Assembly: GCA_944388665.1 (NCBI GenBank) | Contig: CALXJQ010000001.1 | Location: forward strand, 1-54,346 | Length of the DNA stretch: 54,346 bases | Reading direction: 5' to 3' | Origin: an uncultured Clostridia bacterium | GTDB lineage: Bacteria > Bacillota > Clostridia > TANB77 > CAG-508 | Shown here: positions 9,548 through 20,592 of the stretch, in pieces | Layout: every line of letters starts with the position of its first letter | Numbering within the stretch: the first letter of the stretch is position 1 | Notes under the pieces: model-generated | The model's input: only the letters and a program-made list of their open reading frames with translations | The model's database searches: none | What the model was told of the DNA's origin: nothing | Translations under genes and position numbers: made by a program

Positions 9548-11050
9548 ATGGATAAAATAAAAAAAGCAATAAAATCAGTAAGAGTTAAACTATTTTTAAC
9601 CTTGTCTTTAGTTATTTTACTAATAATTGTATTTCTAATACTAGTAAATAATTTTGTCTTTGGACAATTCTATTTATATAGCAAAACCAAAGAATTAAAA
9701 TTAGTGTATAAAACAGTGAATGAATATTATGATAATCAGGAAAATATTAATTTATCAGCACAATTAGAAAGAATGGCAATAAAAAATAACTTTGATATAT
9801 TAATTAGAAATGATCAAGATGTCAATGTATATACTTCTAATAAGGACTTTTTTTCTGCACTTGGGCAAATGAATGAAATGACAAGTAGGTTTGAGGATAG
9901 TGCAAATCAAGAAATAGAAGAAAATGAAAATTATACTATAAAGAAAATGCAAGACAATAAAAATGGAATAACTTATGTATTATTATCTGCTATTTTAGAT
10001 AATGGCTATCAATTATATGTAAGAGTTCCAATAACTTCAATTGAGGAAAGTGTAAATATTTCTAATAATTTTTTGTATCTAATGGCAGGAATTACAATAC
10101 TTGTGGCAGCTGTGATAGTTTCTTATGTTAGTAGAAAATTTACAGATCCAATTTTAGAGTTAAATGATATAGCAAAAAAAATGTCAAACTTAGACTTTAG
10201 TCATAAGTATAAAGTTAGAAATGTTGATGATGAAATAAATGATTTAGGAAAAAGTATAAATGCAATGTCAGATAAGCTAGAAAAAACAATAAAGCAATTA
10301 AGAAGCACTAATTCAGAGCTAGAAAGGGATATCGAAGAAAAGTCAAAATTGGATGAGATGAGAAAAAGTTTCATTTCAGATGTTTCACATGAATTAAAAA
10401 CGCCTATTGCATTGATACAAGGATATAGTGAAGGATTATTAGAAAATGTAACACAAGATGATGAAAATAGAAAATTTTATGCAGAAGTTATACTAGATGA
10501 AAGCAATAAAATGGATAAACTAGTAAAGCAACTTCTTGAGCTTATGAAGTTAGAGTATGGCAAAAGAGAATTTAATGATACTACTTTTGACATTGTTGAA
10601 GTGGAAAAGGAGGTTATTAGAAAATCAAAAGTAATGATTGAAGAAAAAAATGCTGAAGTAAGAGTTATTCCTGATGAAGAGATAATGGTATTTGCAGATG
10701 ATTTTTACATAGAACAGGTAATCACAAACTATTTGACTAATGCAATTAAGCATGTTAAAGAAGTCAATGGTGAAAAATATATAAAGATAGATAATGCTAT
10801 AAATTTAGAAAAAAATAAGGTAAGAGTAACAGTATTTAATACAGGTGACAATATTCCGGAAGAACATTTAGATAATATCTGGAAAAGATTTTATAAAATT
10901 GATCAATCAAGAAATAGAGCAGATGGCGGAACAGGAATAGGTTTGTCATTTGTAAAAGCAATAATGACTAATTATGGAAATGATTATGGTGTTGTAAATA
11001 AAGAAAATGGAGTAGAATTTTACTTCGATTTGAATCTAAAAATGGACTAA
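9548..11050 (+). CDS. Sensor histidine kinase (TM-HAMP-HisKA-HATPase)
   Basis: H-box SFISDVSHELKTPIALIQGY, N-box NYLTNAIKH and G-box GGTGIGLSFVKAI. Confidence 0.9.
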   Translation: MDKIKKAIKSVRVKLFLTLSLVILLIIVFLILVNNFVFGQFYLYSKTKELKLVYKTVNEYYDNQENINLSAQLERMAIKNNFDILIRNDQDVNVYTSNKDFFSALGQMNEMTSRFEDSANQEIEENENYTIKKMQDNKNGITYVLLSAILDNGYQLYVRVPITSIEESVNISNNFLYLMAGITILVAAVIVSYVSRKFTDPILELNDIAKKMSNLDFSHKYKVRNVDDEINDLGKSINAMSDKLEKTIKQLRSTNSELERDIEEKSKLDEMRKSFISDVSHELKTPIALIQGYSEGLLENVTQDDENRKFYAEVILDESNKMDKLVKQLLELMKLEYGKREFNDTTFDIVEVEKEVIRKSKVMIEEKNAEVRVIPDEEIMVFADDFYIEQVITNYLTNAIKHVKEVNGEKYIKIDNAINLEKNKVRVTVFNTGDNIPEEHLDNIWKRFYKIDQSRNRADGGTGIGLSFVKAIMTNYGNDYGVVNKENGVEFYFDLNLKMD

Positions 11051-11090
11051 AGTGCCAAAGCTGTACAATTCACAGCCTTGGCACTTTTTG
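11051..11090 (+). terminator. Rho-independent terminator of the two-component operon
   Basis: agtgccaaagctgt / acagccttggcact stem followed by ttttg. Confidence 0.8.
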
Positions 11091-11250
11091 TCGAATCCTG
11101 CGATGGAAAATACTTTACAAAATCAAAAAAATATATTATTATATTAATGAAAGTTAACTTTAAAATTTCAATCAAATAATTGTTTAAATCAATTTTTTCG
11201 AAAAAATATTCCAATTAAACAAAATAAAGGAGGTTGATAACTAGTATTAA

Positions 11251-11868
11251 ATGTTTAAATATAGTACATTTTTTATAAATGTCGTAAGTATAATTATTTC
11301 GATTGTGATTTTTACTTCAGCATTGTGTTTTATGTCAGTGGCTAAACCATTTAAAACTGCACAACTAAAAGCTGGCTTTAACACATCAAACAATCAAACG
11401 CAAACAAAAGAGGAAATTGATAATAAAGAATTTGCATACACTCCTTTTAAAAATATTACTAAAGATAATACGGCAATTTCTGAAATGACAAAAAGCTGGT
11501 ATATAGAAATACCTGTAATAAGCCTAAATGCAGAAATTGCCGAAGGCACTACTAAAGAAGTAATGGATGATTATATTGGTCATTTTGAAGAAACGGAAGA
11601 ATTAGAAGGAAATATAGGACTTGCTGCACATAATAGAGGCTACAAAAATAATTACTTCGCAAAAATAAAAACGTTGAAAGAAGGTGATGAAATTTATTAC
11701 CATTATAATGGAAACACAAAAAAATATGAAGTTAAAAGTAATTATATAATTTCAGACACAAATTGGGAAGTATTAAGTAATAGTGGTAAAAATATGATTA
11801 CATTAATAACTTGTGTTGAAAACCAGCCAGAATATAGAAGATGTGTACAAGCAGAAGAAATAACATAA
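11251..11868 (+). CDS. Sortase family transpeptidase
   Basis: N-terminal TM helix, catalytic His region GLAAHNRGY, the TLITC active-site motif and a downstream Arg (YRRC). Confidence 0.85.
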   Translation: MFKYSTFFINVVSIIISIVIFTSALCFMSVAKPFKTAQLKAGFNTSNNQTQTKEEIDNKEFAYTPFKNITKDNTAISEMTKSWYIEIPVISLNAEIAEGTTKEVMDDYIGHFEETEELEGNIGLAAHNRGYKNNYFAKIKTLKEGDEIYYHYNGNTKKYEVKSNYIISDTNWEVLSNSGKNMITLITCVENQPEYRRCVQAEEIT

Positions 11869-11894
11869 ATTAAAAAAGAAAGGAAGAATTAAAT

Positions 11895-13244
11895 TTGACA
11901 AAATCAAAAACAATTAAAATAATAAAAAATGCATTGCTAATTATATTTTTATTACTATTTTCATCATTAGCATTTATAAATTCAACATTTGCAGCTGCTA
12001 TAGATACAGCTAATTTATCATCAATCGGAGACTGTGGACAATTATTAAAATATAAAGGTACTCCTGTAAAAGTAAGTTATGTACAATATGAAAACAATGG
12101 AGTTCAATATCCAGCTTATTGCTTAGACAAAACAAAACCAGGAGCAGAAACAAAGCCTTATGCGGTTTCAGTTCAAGACAGTATAAATGACGTAGGCTTA
12201 TGGAGAATAGTTGTGAATGGTTATCCATATAAATCTTTAAGTGAATTGGGAGTTGCAAATAAAGAAGAAGCTTTTACAGCAACAAAGCAAGCAATTTATT
12301 GCTATATTCACGGAAATAACCCTGATGATTACGAAGGAATAGGAGAAGCGGGTATACGAACATTAGCTGCAATGAAAAAAATCATAGCAGATGCTGAAAA
12401 CTCTACAGAAACAAAAATTTCTAATAATGTAGAAATTTATAAAGATGGAGACAAGTGGAAACAAGATAATATAGATAAAAACTATATTTCAAAAGAATAT
12501 TCAATAAGACATGAAGGAGATATAAAAGACTATACGGTTACAATTACAAATGAAAATAAAATAGACATTGGTGGAATAAAATTGACAGATTTAAATAATA
12601 ACGAAAAAAGTACATTTGCTCCAGATGAAAAGTTTAAAATATTGATACCAATTAAAAATACTAATGAATCAGGTAGTATTAATATTAAAGTAAAAACACA
12701 GATGAAAACAAAGCCAGTGTTATTTGGAGCAGCACCAGATAGTAATTATCAAGATTATGCACTAACGGCAGAAGTATATGAAGACTCTACAGGAGAAACA
12801 ACTGATTATTATACAAAAAACGAGACTAAAATAATAATTGTAAAAAAGGACAAAGAAACAGCTAAGCCACTTGAAGGAGTCGAATTTGAAATACTAGATG
12901 AGAATAAAAATGTAGTTTATCAAGGACTAAAAACAGATAAAAATGGGAAAATTGTGTTAGAAAATGTACTTCCAGGTACATACTTTATTAAAGAAGTAAA
13001 TAGTATAAACGGATATGATAAATATGAAGATTTGATAGATATAGGATTAACTATGAATGAAGAATATACTGTAACTGTTTACAATAATAAATCAGAAGAG
13101 CCAGAAATAGAAATAGAAAAAATACAAAATAATAAGGAAGTTGATGATAAAGAAGTAGAAAAAGAAAAAATATCAAACAAAAAGCTTGTAACTCAAAAAA
13201 CAGTTACTGCAGAAGAAAAAAAGCTACCAGTTACTGGTATGTAA
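11895..13244 (+). CDS. Secreted surface adhesin. It has a thioester-domain-like N-terminal part and a SpaA/Cna-B-type fold, and ends in LPVTG-M with no membrane anchor.
   Basis: Signal peptide ..FINSTFAAA. YPAYCLDKTKPG and ATKQAIYCY resemble TED adhesin motifs. VEFEILDENKN..GTYFIKEVNSINGY is a SpaA-like domain. An LPVTG motif sits at the extreme C-terminus. The gene is adjacent to a sortase. Confidence 0.75.
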   Translation: MTKSKTIKIIKNALLIIFLLLFSSLAFINSTFAAAIDTANLSSIGDCGQLLKYKGTPVKVSYVQYENNGVQYPAYCLDKTKPGAETKPYAVSVQDSINDVGLWRIVVNGYPYKSLSELGVANKEEAFTATKQAIYCYIHGNNPDDYEGIGEAGIRTLAAMKKIIADAENSTETKISNNVEIYKDGDKWKQDNIDKNYISKEYSIRHEGDIKDYTVTITNENKIDIGGIKLTDLNNNEKSTFAPDEKFKILIPIKNTNESGSINIKVKTQMKTKPVLFGAAPDSNYQDYALTAEVYEDSTGETTDYYTKNETKIIIVKKDKETAKPLEGVEFEILDENKNVVYQGLKTDKNGKIVLENVLPGTYFIKEVNSINGYDKYEDLIDIGLTMNEEYTVTVYNNKSEEPEIEIEKIQNNKEVDDKEVEKEKISNKKLVTQKTVTAEEKKLPVTGM

Positions 13245-13373
13245 ATGAATAAGAGATATATTTTAAATATATCTCTCTTCTCTAATTATATGATATTGTA
13301 AAAAATAATAATATATGGTATATTATAAAAGATAGAAAAACATATAAATAAATTTAAAAGGAGAAGATTATTA

Positions 13374-14696
13374 ATGTTGGCTCAAATAATAATTCTTATA
13401 ATACTTATAGCAGTAAATGCTTTTTTTGCAGCGGCCGAAATAGCCTATATTTCGCTGAATGATGCTAAAATAGAAAAAATGGCAAAGGAGGGAAATAAAA
13501 AGGCTGTTCAAATAGAAAAAATGTTGAAAACTCCAAGCAAATTTTTAGCAACAATTCAAATTGGGATAACACTTGCAGGATTTTTATCAAGTGCATTTGC
13601 ATCAGATGCATTTGCAGAAAAATTGGCTCCTGCTTTAAATCAGGTAATGCCATTTATAAGTTTATCAGCGTGGAAAAATGTATCAATAATTTTAATCACA
13701 ATAATTTTGTCATTCTTCACCCTTGTATTTGGTGAATTAGTGCCAAAAAGATTTGCAATGAAAAACTATGAAAAAATCTCATTTGCTTCAGTTGGAGTAA
13801 TAAAATTTATATCTGTTGTTACTGCGCCATTTGTTAAGTTTTTAACATTTGTGACAAATAAAATTTCTAAGATATTTGGTGTTGAAGAAACCGATAACGA
13901 AACAGTAACTGAAGAAGAGATAAAAATGATGGTAGACCAAGGTGAAGAAAGCGGAACTATTAAAGAAGAAGAAAAAGAACTAATAAATAATGTATTTGAA
14001 TTTAACGATATTGTAGTTTCTGAAATTATGAGACACAGAAAAGAAATTTTTGCTGTAGATATTAATATAAGCAATGAAGAATTAATGAAAGAGCTATCAA
14101 AAGAGGAGTATAAATATAGTAGAATACCTGTATATGATGAAACAATTGACGAAATAAAGGGAATTTTATATGTAAAAGAAGTACTAAAAAATATAGGAAA
14201 AAAAGACTTCAGAGTTAAAGATGTTGTTAAAGAAGCCTATTTTGTGCCACAAAACAGAATGATAAATCAAGTATTTAAGGATTTACAAAAAAATAAAAAA
14301 CAAATTGCAATAGTGCTAGATGAATATGGCGGAACGGCGGGCTTAGTAACAATGGAAGATATTCTTGAGGAATTGGTAGGAGACATTTATGATGAATATG
14401 ATGAAGAGGAAAAGAAATTTGAAAAAATAGATAATAATACTTATTACTTAAGTGGTAATATGCCAATATATGATGTCAATAAATTATTGGATGCTGGAAT
14501 TCCAGAAGGAGATTATGATACAATTTCAGGATATTTGCAAGAACAATTAGGTAGAATTCCAAAAGATACAGAAAAGCCAGTAGTAGAAACAGAAAAAGTG
14601 ACATATAAAATAGAAAAGTCAGAAGATAAGAGAATTTTAAAAATAAAAGCGTGTAAAAATATGGAAGAAAAAAATGAAGAAGAAGAAAAAGATTAA
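13374..14696 (+). CDS. CNNM/TlyC-family hemolysin-like protein (DUF21-CBS-CorC_HlyC)
   Basis: DUF21 TM region with the GELVPKR motif, a CBS pair and a CorC transporter-associated C-terminal domain. Confidence 0.9.
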   Translation: MLAQIIILIILIAVNAFFAAAEIAYISLNDAKIEKMAKEGNKKAVQIEKMLKTPSKFLATIQIGITLAGFLSSAFASDAFAEKLAPALNQVMPFISLSAWKNVSIILITIILSFFTLVFGELVPKRFAMKNYEKISFASVGVIKFISVVTAPFVKFLTFVTNKISKIFGVEETDNETVTEEEIKMMVDQGEESGTIKEEEKELINNVFEFNDIVVSEIMRHRKEIFAVDINISNEELMKELSKEEYKYSRIPVYDETIDEIKGILYVKEVLKNIGKKDFRVKDVVKEAYFVPQNRMINQVFKDLQKNKKQIAIVLDEYGGTAGLVTMEDILEELVGDIYDEYDEEEKKFEKIDNNTYYLSGNMPIYDVNKLLDAGIPEGDYDTISGYLQEQLGRIPKDTEKPVVETEKVTYKIEKSEDKRILKIKACKNMEEKNEEEEKD

Positions 14697-14753
14697 AGAC
14701 GTTACAAGTCTTTTCTGAGCAAATTTGTGCTTCGAGAAAGGGGAAAATAAAAA

Positions 14754-16487
14754 ATGAAAAAGAAAAATATTATTATAATTATAGTTGCAATTGTCGTTAT
14801 ACTAGCATTAGTAATAGGGGGATTTTTTATTTATAAAGCAATAAAAAATAGTAGTGAAGACTATCAAATTGCAGAAGTTAAAGAGTATAATTATTTCTTA
14901 TTAAATCAAGACGATAAATTTGGTGTAATTGATAAAACAGGAAATATTATAGTACAACCTCAATATGAAGAAGTTACAATTCCAAACCCAGAAAAGGCAG
15001 TATTTATATGCTCAAATGACGGAAATACACAAGTTTACAATGAAAAAAATGAGCAAATTATGACAGAATATAGTGATGTTGAAGCAATAAGATTAAAAAA
15101 TGTGGCTAGTAATCTAATGTATGAAAAATCTGTATTAAAATATTCTGAAGATGGAAAATATGGTTTAATTGATTTTACAGGTAAAAAGATAACAAAACCT
15201 ATTTATGATGAACTAGATAGCTTGCCATATAAAGAAGGACAATTTTTGGTAGGACAAGATGGAAAATATGGCGTTATCAACTTAAAAGGAAATAACATAG
15301 TAGATATTCAATATGAACAAGTTGATGTTGATGGATATTATTCAGAAGAAAATGGGTATAAGTATGCTGGATATATTGTTTCTGTAAAAACAGATGAAGG
15401 GTATAGATATGGATACTTGGATTGTAATGGCAATGAAGTTTTGGATACAGTTTATAATGACTTATCACGTGTAAAAGAAATTGGAGATAATAGTACTGCA
15501 TACTTAGTATGTGCGCAAAATGGTCAATATGGTGTAAACAAAAACAGCGAGAATATAATCAAAAATGAATATCAATCCATAAGCTATGATGAGAATAATA
15601 ACGTATTCATAGTAGAAAGAACAAAAAAATATGGTGTAGACGATGTAAATGGAAAAGAAATAATTCCAGTGGAATACACACAAATAGATTCAACAGGAAA
15701 CTACTTATATGCGCAAGATGACCAAGGCACTACAGTTTATGATAGTACTGGAAATCAAGCAGACATTGATGCGAATATTTCTATTTTAAGCACGACAAAT
15801 AGCAATTATAGAATAAAAATAGACAATTCAGATGTAACTAAATATGGAGTTATAGATTCAGCAGGAAATAATATAATTCCAGAAAACTATAATTATATAT
15901 CATACTTAGATAACAATTACTTTATAGCAAGCAATGACCAAGGCAAATTAGGCGTAATCGATGACGCTGGCAACACAAAAGTAGAGCTTAAATATGATTT
16001 ATTACAAAAAATTGATAATACAGACCTATTACAAGCTTCAACAAGTACTGACAACGTAACACAAATTTATTCAAAAGACTTAGTATTATTGTGTGAAATG
16101 ACTAATGCTACAATAGAGCCAATTGGTGATTATATAAAAGTTTACAATGACACTGAAAGCAAATACTTTAGCAAACAAGGCAATGAAGTTACAAACAAAG
16201 ATGTTTATCCAAATAATAAGCTATACACAACAGTTGAAAATGGCAAATGGGGATTTGTTGATACTGCTGGAAACATTGTGGTAGATTGTAAATATGATAA
16301 AGCTACAGAATTTAATGAATATGGCTTTGCTGCTGTAAAATTAGATGGCAAATGGGGAGCTATAAATTCAGAAGGTCAAGAAGTAGTTGAACCTAAATAT
16401 GAAATAAATACTGAAACAGAACCATCTTTCATTGGAATTTATTATAAAGTAGTATATGGCTATGGCGAATGTTATTATACAACGTAG
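14754..16487 (+). CDS. Membrane-anchored WG-repeat (KWG) protein
   Basis: N-terminal TM helix. It has many repeats of the form DGKYGLIDFTGKKITKPIYDE and NGKWGFVDTAGNIVVDCKYD. Confidence 0.85.
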   Translation: MKKKNIIIIIVAIVVILALVIGGFFIYKAIKNSSEDYQIAEVKEYNYFLLNQDDKFGVIDKTGNIIVQPQYEEVTIPNPEKAVFICSNDGNTQVYNEKNEQIMTEYSDVEAIRLKNVASNLMYEKSVLKYSEDGKYGLIDFTGKKITKPIYDELDSLPYKEGQFLVGQDGKYGVINLKGNNIVDIQYEQVDVDGYYSEENGYKYAGYIVSVKTDEGYRYGYLDCNGNEVLDTVYNDLSRVKEIGDNSTAYLVCAQNGQYGVNKNSENIIKNEYQSISYDENNNVFIVERTKKYGVDDVNGKEIIPVEYTQIDSTGNYLYAQDDQGTTVYDSTGNQADIDANISILSTTNSNYRIKIDNSDVTKYGVIDSAGNNIIPENYNYISYLDNNYFIASNDQGKLGVIDDAGNTKVELKYDLLQKIDNTDLLQASTSTDNVTQIYSKDLVLLCEMTNATIEPIGDYIKVYNDTESKYFSKQGNEVTNKDVYPNNKLYTTVENGKWGFVDTAGNIVVDCKYDKATEFNEYGFAAVKLDGKWGAINSEGQEVVEPKYEINTETEPSFIGIYYKVVYGYGECYYTT

Positions 16488-16568
16488 CATTTTGGCAAAA
16501 AATTAATAGAAATAATTTTGCTATTTTTGAATATAATAATAGTATTAATAAAAATAGTGGAGGATTCT

Positions 16569-17702
16569 ATGAAAATAAGATATTTTGATAATGCGGCAAC
16601 AACGAGGGTTAAAGAAGAAGTTTTAAAAGAAATGTTGCCGTTTTTCAGTGAAAAATATGGAAACCCTTCTTCAATGTATAGCATTGGAAGAATATCCAGA
16701 AGAGCTGTAGAAGAAGCAAGGGCGAAAGTAGCCAAAATGATTAATGCAAACCCAAGTGAAATTTATTTTACGGGATGTGGCTCAGAAAGTGATAATACTA
16801 TTATTAAAGGCATAGCTTATGCAAATAAAGCGAGAGGAAGACATATAATAACTTCAAAAATAGAGCATCCAGCGGTATTACATACTTGTCAAGCTCTTGA
16901 AAATCAAGGATTTGAAGTAACTTATTTAGATGTAAATTCAGAAGGGTTGATAGACATAGATAATTTAAGAAACAACATAAAAAATGACACAATTCTTATA
17001 AGTATAATGTTTGCAAATAATGAAATAGGTACAATAGAGCCTATAGAGGATATAAGTAAAATTGCAAGGATGTATAATATACCTTTTCACACTGATGCAG
17101 TGCAAGCGTGCGGAAATGTACCAATAGATGTGAAAAGAATGGGGATTGATGCTTTATCGCTTTCAGGACATAAGCTGTATGCGCCAAAAGGAATAGGGGC
17201 ATTGTATGTAAAAAAAGGCATAGAATTCGAAAAATTTATGGATGGAGGTCATCAGGAAAGGAACAAAAGGGCTGGAACTGAAAATGTTGCAGGGATTGTA
17301 GGATTAGGTAAGGCCTGCGAGTTGGCAGAACAAAGTATGAGTTTTCATATTAGATATTTAACAGAATTAAGAAATTATTTTATTTCAGAAATAAAAAATA
17401 GAAATTTTGATGCAAAGCTAAATGGCTCTTTGAAAAATAGACTACCAGGAAATGCAAATTTTGCATTTAGAGAAGTTGAAGGAGAAAATTTGCTTTTAAA
17501 ATTAGACCAAAGAGGAATATGTGCTTCTGCAGGCTCTGCATGTACCACAGGCTCTGCAGCCCCATCGCATGTTTTGAAGGCGATAGGACTATCAGATGAA
17601 TTGGCAAGAGGTTCTTTACGAATTACTTTTGGAGAAGATAATACTAAAGAAGATGTAGATTATTTATTAAATTCATTAGAAGAAATTTTGCAAAAATCTT
17701 AA
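16569..17702 (+). CDS. nifS: Cysteine desulfurase (NifS/IscS family, class V aminotransferase)
   Basis: YFDNAATT, the PLP lysine region SLSGHKLYAPKGIGALY, and the active-site Cys in ASAGSACTTG. ATG at 16569 follows GGAGGA. Confidence 0.9.
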   Translation: MKIRYFDNAATTRVKEEVLKEMLPFFSEKYGNPSSMYSIGRISRRAVEEARAKVAKMINANPSEIYFTGCGSESDNTIIKGIAYANKARGRHIITSKIEHPAVLHTCQALENQGFEVTYLDVNSEGLIDIDNLRNNIKNDTILISIMFANNEIGTIEPIEDISKIARMYNIPFHTDAVQACGNVPIDVKRMGIDALSLSGHKLYAPKGIGALYVKKGIEFEKFMDGGHQERNKRAGTENVAGIVGLGKACELAEQSMSFHIRYLTELRNYFISEIKNRNFDAKLNGSLKNRLPGNANFAFREVEGENLLLKLDQRGICASAGSACTTGSAAPSHVLKAIGLSDELARGSLRITFGEDNTKEDVDYLLNSLEEILQKS

Positions 17703-19270
17703 TCTTCTAAGAGAGCTATTGCACATTTTATGCCATCTACAGCTGCAGACATAATTCCACCAGCGTAGCCGGCTCCCTCTCCACAAGGGTATACACCGCA
17801 AATGTTTGATACTAACTTTTCATTACGCACAATTCTTATTGGTGAAGAACTTCTAGTTTCCAAGCCTGTTAAAATACTATCTGGATTAGAAAAGTTCTTC
17901 ACCTTTTTGCCAAAATATGAAATGCCTTCTTTTAGCGTTTCAGAGATAAACTGTGGGAGAATTTCATTCAGATTGGCTAAAGTTACACCTGGAGCATAAG
18001 TTGGTTTAACGATGCCAACTTTTTCTGATGTAACATTTTTCATAAAATCTCCTAGGCGCTGAATTGGTGCGTAATAATTAGAGCCACCAAGAGCAAATGC
18101 CTTTTCTTCTAAGTCTTGTTGAAAATACATGCCAGCTAAAGGAGAATCAGATGAAAAATCTTCTGGAACAATATTTACAAGTACTGCGGAATTTGCATTT
18201 AAGCCATCTCTGGCAAATTTACTCATTCCATTTGTTACAATAGTACCGGCTTCGCTAGACGAAGCTATTACATATCCACCAGGGCACATACAAAAAGTAT
18301 AACAAGAACGTCCGCTTTTAGAATGATATGCTAGTTTGTATTCTGCTGGCGGTAACTTTAAAGTAGGATTTGTACCATACTGGGCTTCATTAATCCACTG
18401 TTGTAGATGTTCTATACGTACACCTACAGAAAAATTTTTCTTTTCGATGGCAAAGCCACATTCGTAAAGCTTTTTAAAAGTGTCACGTGAGCTATGACCA
18501 ATGGCTAAAATTAGGTGATTGGTTTTTAATTCTGAAATTTTATTAGTAATTACATTTTCTATTTTTATAGACTTAATGTGATTATTTTCAATTACGAAAT
18601 CTGTAACTTTTGTGTTAAATAAAAATTGACCGCCATTGGAAATGATGTATTTTCGCATATTTTTTAAAATTTCTATTAAATTATCAGTACCTATATGTGG
18701 TTTAGCAAGATATAAAATTTCTTCAGGAGCGCCAAAATAAGCAAAATCCTGTAGAACTTTTTGACAATATGGGCTATGTATACCAGTAGTTAATTTACCA
18801 TCAGAAAAAGTTCCAGCTCCGCCCTCTCCAAATTGTACATTAGAAAAGCGATTAAGCTTACCAGATTTTTGAAAAGCTTCAACATCTTTTAATCTATTTT
18901 CAACAGTGTCACCTTGTTCTACAATTATTGGTTTAATGCCACTTTGCACGAGTGTAATAGCAGCAAATAAACCACCTGGACCAGCTCCAACAATAACAGG
19001 ATTGGAAGAAAAATTATTTTTTATATTAATTTTTGGCATTTCAAATTGTACAACCTTAGCAAATTGTTTATATTTATGTTCATTTTGTACTTTTAAATCA
19101 ATTGAATAATTAAAGCAGATGTCATCTTTTTTCCTAGCATCAATAGATTTCCTAGAAATATGCCATTCAAGAACATCTATAGGATTTATATGAAATTTTT
19201 TAATTGCAAATTTCAAAACTTCTTCGTTCGAAAGATTTTCCTTTATTTTAATATTATTTAGCCTAATCAT
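17699..19270 (-). CDS. FAD-dependent protein of the COG2509 type (uncharacterized dehydrogenase)
   Basis: Dinucleotide fold VIVGAGPGGLFAA. The length and C-terminal GEGAGYAGGIMSAAVDG are typical of this family. Confidence 0.8.
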   Translation of the reverse strand: MIRLNNIKIKENLSNEEVLKFAIKKFHINPIDVLEWHISRKSIDARKKDDICFNYSIDLKVQNEHKYKQFAKVVQFEMPKINIKNNFSSNPVIVGAGPGGLFAAITLVQSGIKPIIVEQGDTVENRLKDVEAFQKSGKLNRFSNVQFGEGGAGTFSDGKLTTGIHSPYCQKVLQDFAYFGAPEEILYLAKPHIGTDNLIEILKNMRKYIISNGGQFLFNTKVTDFVIENNHIKSIKIENVITNKISELKTNHLILAIGHSSRDTFKKLYECGFAIEKKNFSVGVRIEHLQQWINEAQYGTNPTLKLPPAEYKLAYHSKSGRSCYTFCMCPGGYVIASSSEAGTIVTNGMSKFARDGLNANSAVLVNIVPEDFSSDSPLAGMYFQQDLEEKAFALGGSNYYAPIQRLGDFMKNVTSEKVGIVKPTYAPGVTLANLNEILPQFISETLKEGISYFGKKVKNFSNPDSILTGLETRSSSPIRIVRNEKLVSNICGVYPCGEGAGYAGGIMSAAVDGIKCAIALLED

Positions 19271-19421
19271 AAACTTCTCCTTTTAAAAATTACTTAAATT
19301 AAAGTATAGCATATTTTAATTAATTATGCTATACTTATTTATGATAATATTTTATAAGAAAAATAAAAATTAACTGCCCATGAAGCGGAAAAAGTATTAA
19401 AGAGAAAGGAATGTGAAAAAA

Positions 19422-20537
19422 ATGGAAAAATCAAAAGTATATTTTACAGATTTTAGAACAAAGAATGGATATAATCTATTGCAAAAACTAGAAAATTTAA
19501 TAAAAAAAGCAGGGATAGAAACGATAGATTTCGATCAAAAATTTGTAGCGATTAAAATACATTTCGGAGAATATGGCAACTTGGCATACTTAAGACCTAA
19601 TTATGCAAAAGTTGTAGTTGATGAAGTAAAAAAATTAGGAGGAAAGCCTTTCCTAACTGATTGTAACACATTATATGTTGGTGGTAGGAAAAATGCCCTA
19701 GATCACTTAGATACAGCGTATTTGAATGGATTTTCACCATTTTCAACAGGATGTCATGTAATAATAGCAGATGGCTTAAAAGGAACAGATGAGCAAGAAG
19801 TAGAAATAAATCAAGAATATGTAAAAACTGCAAAAATCGGTAGAGCAATAATGGATGCAGACGTAATAATATCACTAACACATTTCAAATGCCATGAAAT
19901 GACTGGACTAGGAGGTGCAATAAAAAATATTGGAATGGGATGTGGTTCAAGAGCAGGAAAAATGGAGATGCATAACCAAGGAAAGCCAGAAGTAATAAAA
20001 GAAAAGTGTAGAAAATGTAGACAATGCATAAAAATATGTGCGCATGGAGCCATCTCTTATGGAGAAGACGGCAAATGTATAATAGACCACAACAAATGTG
20101 TTGGCTGTGGAAGATGCATTGGAGTGTGCAATTTTGATGCAATAACAGCACCAAATGATGAAAATGGAGATATCTTAAACAAAAAAATGGCAGAATACAC
20201 TTTAGCAGTCGTAAAAGATAAACCACAATTTCATATTAGTCTAATATGTGACGTATCACCTAATTGCGATTGCCATGCAGAAAATGATGTCCCAATCGTA
20301 CCAGACATTGGTATGCTTGCATCATTTGACCCAGTAGCACTAGACAAAGCTTGTGCAGACCTAGTAAATGCACAAACTCCAATCGAAAACAGTGCATTGG
20401 GTGAAAACATCAAAAAAGACATACATGAACAAGACAACTTCCATACGAACCATCCAGATACAAACTGGCAAAGCCAAATAGAGCACGCTGTAAAAATAGG
20501 CTTAGGCAACGCAGAATATGAATTAATCAAAGTATAA
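19422..20537 (+). CDS. DUF362-domain protein with a 4Fe-4S dicluster insertion
   Basis: Two CxxCxxCxxxC motifs (CRKCRQCIKIC and CVGCGRCIGVC) sit inside a DUF362-like scaffold. Confidence 0.8.
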   Translation: MEKSKVYFTDFRTKNGYNLLQKLENLIKKAGIETIDFDQKFVAIKIHFGEYGNLAYLRPNYAKVVVDEVKKLGGKPFLTDCNTLYVGGRKNALDHLDTAYLNGFSPFSTGCHVIIADGLKGTDEQEVEINQEYVKTAKIGRAIMDADVIISLTHFKCHEMTGLGGAIKNIGMGCGSRAGKMEMHNQGKPEVIKEKCRKCRQCIKICAHGAISYGEDGKCIIDHNKCVGCGRCIGVCNFDAITAPNDENGDILNKKMAEYTLAVVKDKPQFHISLICDVSPNCDCHAENDVPIVPDIGMLASFDPVALDKACADLVNAQTPIENSALGENIKKDIHEQDNFHTNHPDTNWQSQIEHAVKIGLGNAEYELIKV

Positions 20538-20540
20538 AAA

Positions 20541-20569
20541 TGAACTTTGGGGACGTTCCTTAAAGTTCA
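20541..20569 (+). repeat. 29-bp palindromic repeat TGAACTTTGGGGACGTTCCTTAAAGTTCA
   Basis: It lies 3 nt after the DUF362 gene stop. It is identical in core to the other copies. Confidence 0.85.
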
Positions 20570-20592
20570 AAACGAAAAGTGTGTCAAAAAAT

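Noticed and set aside
13245-13300. A continuation of the adhesin sorting signal in another frame, or by readthrough after LPVTGM.
   Set aside because: None of the three frames downstream encodes a hydrophobic stretch plus a basic tail. The sequence forms a terminator-like hairpin instead.
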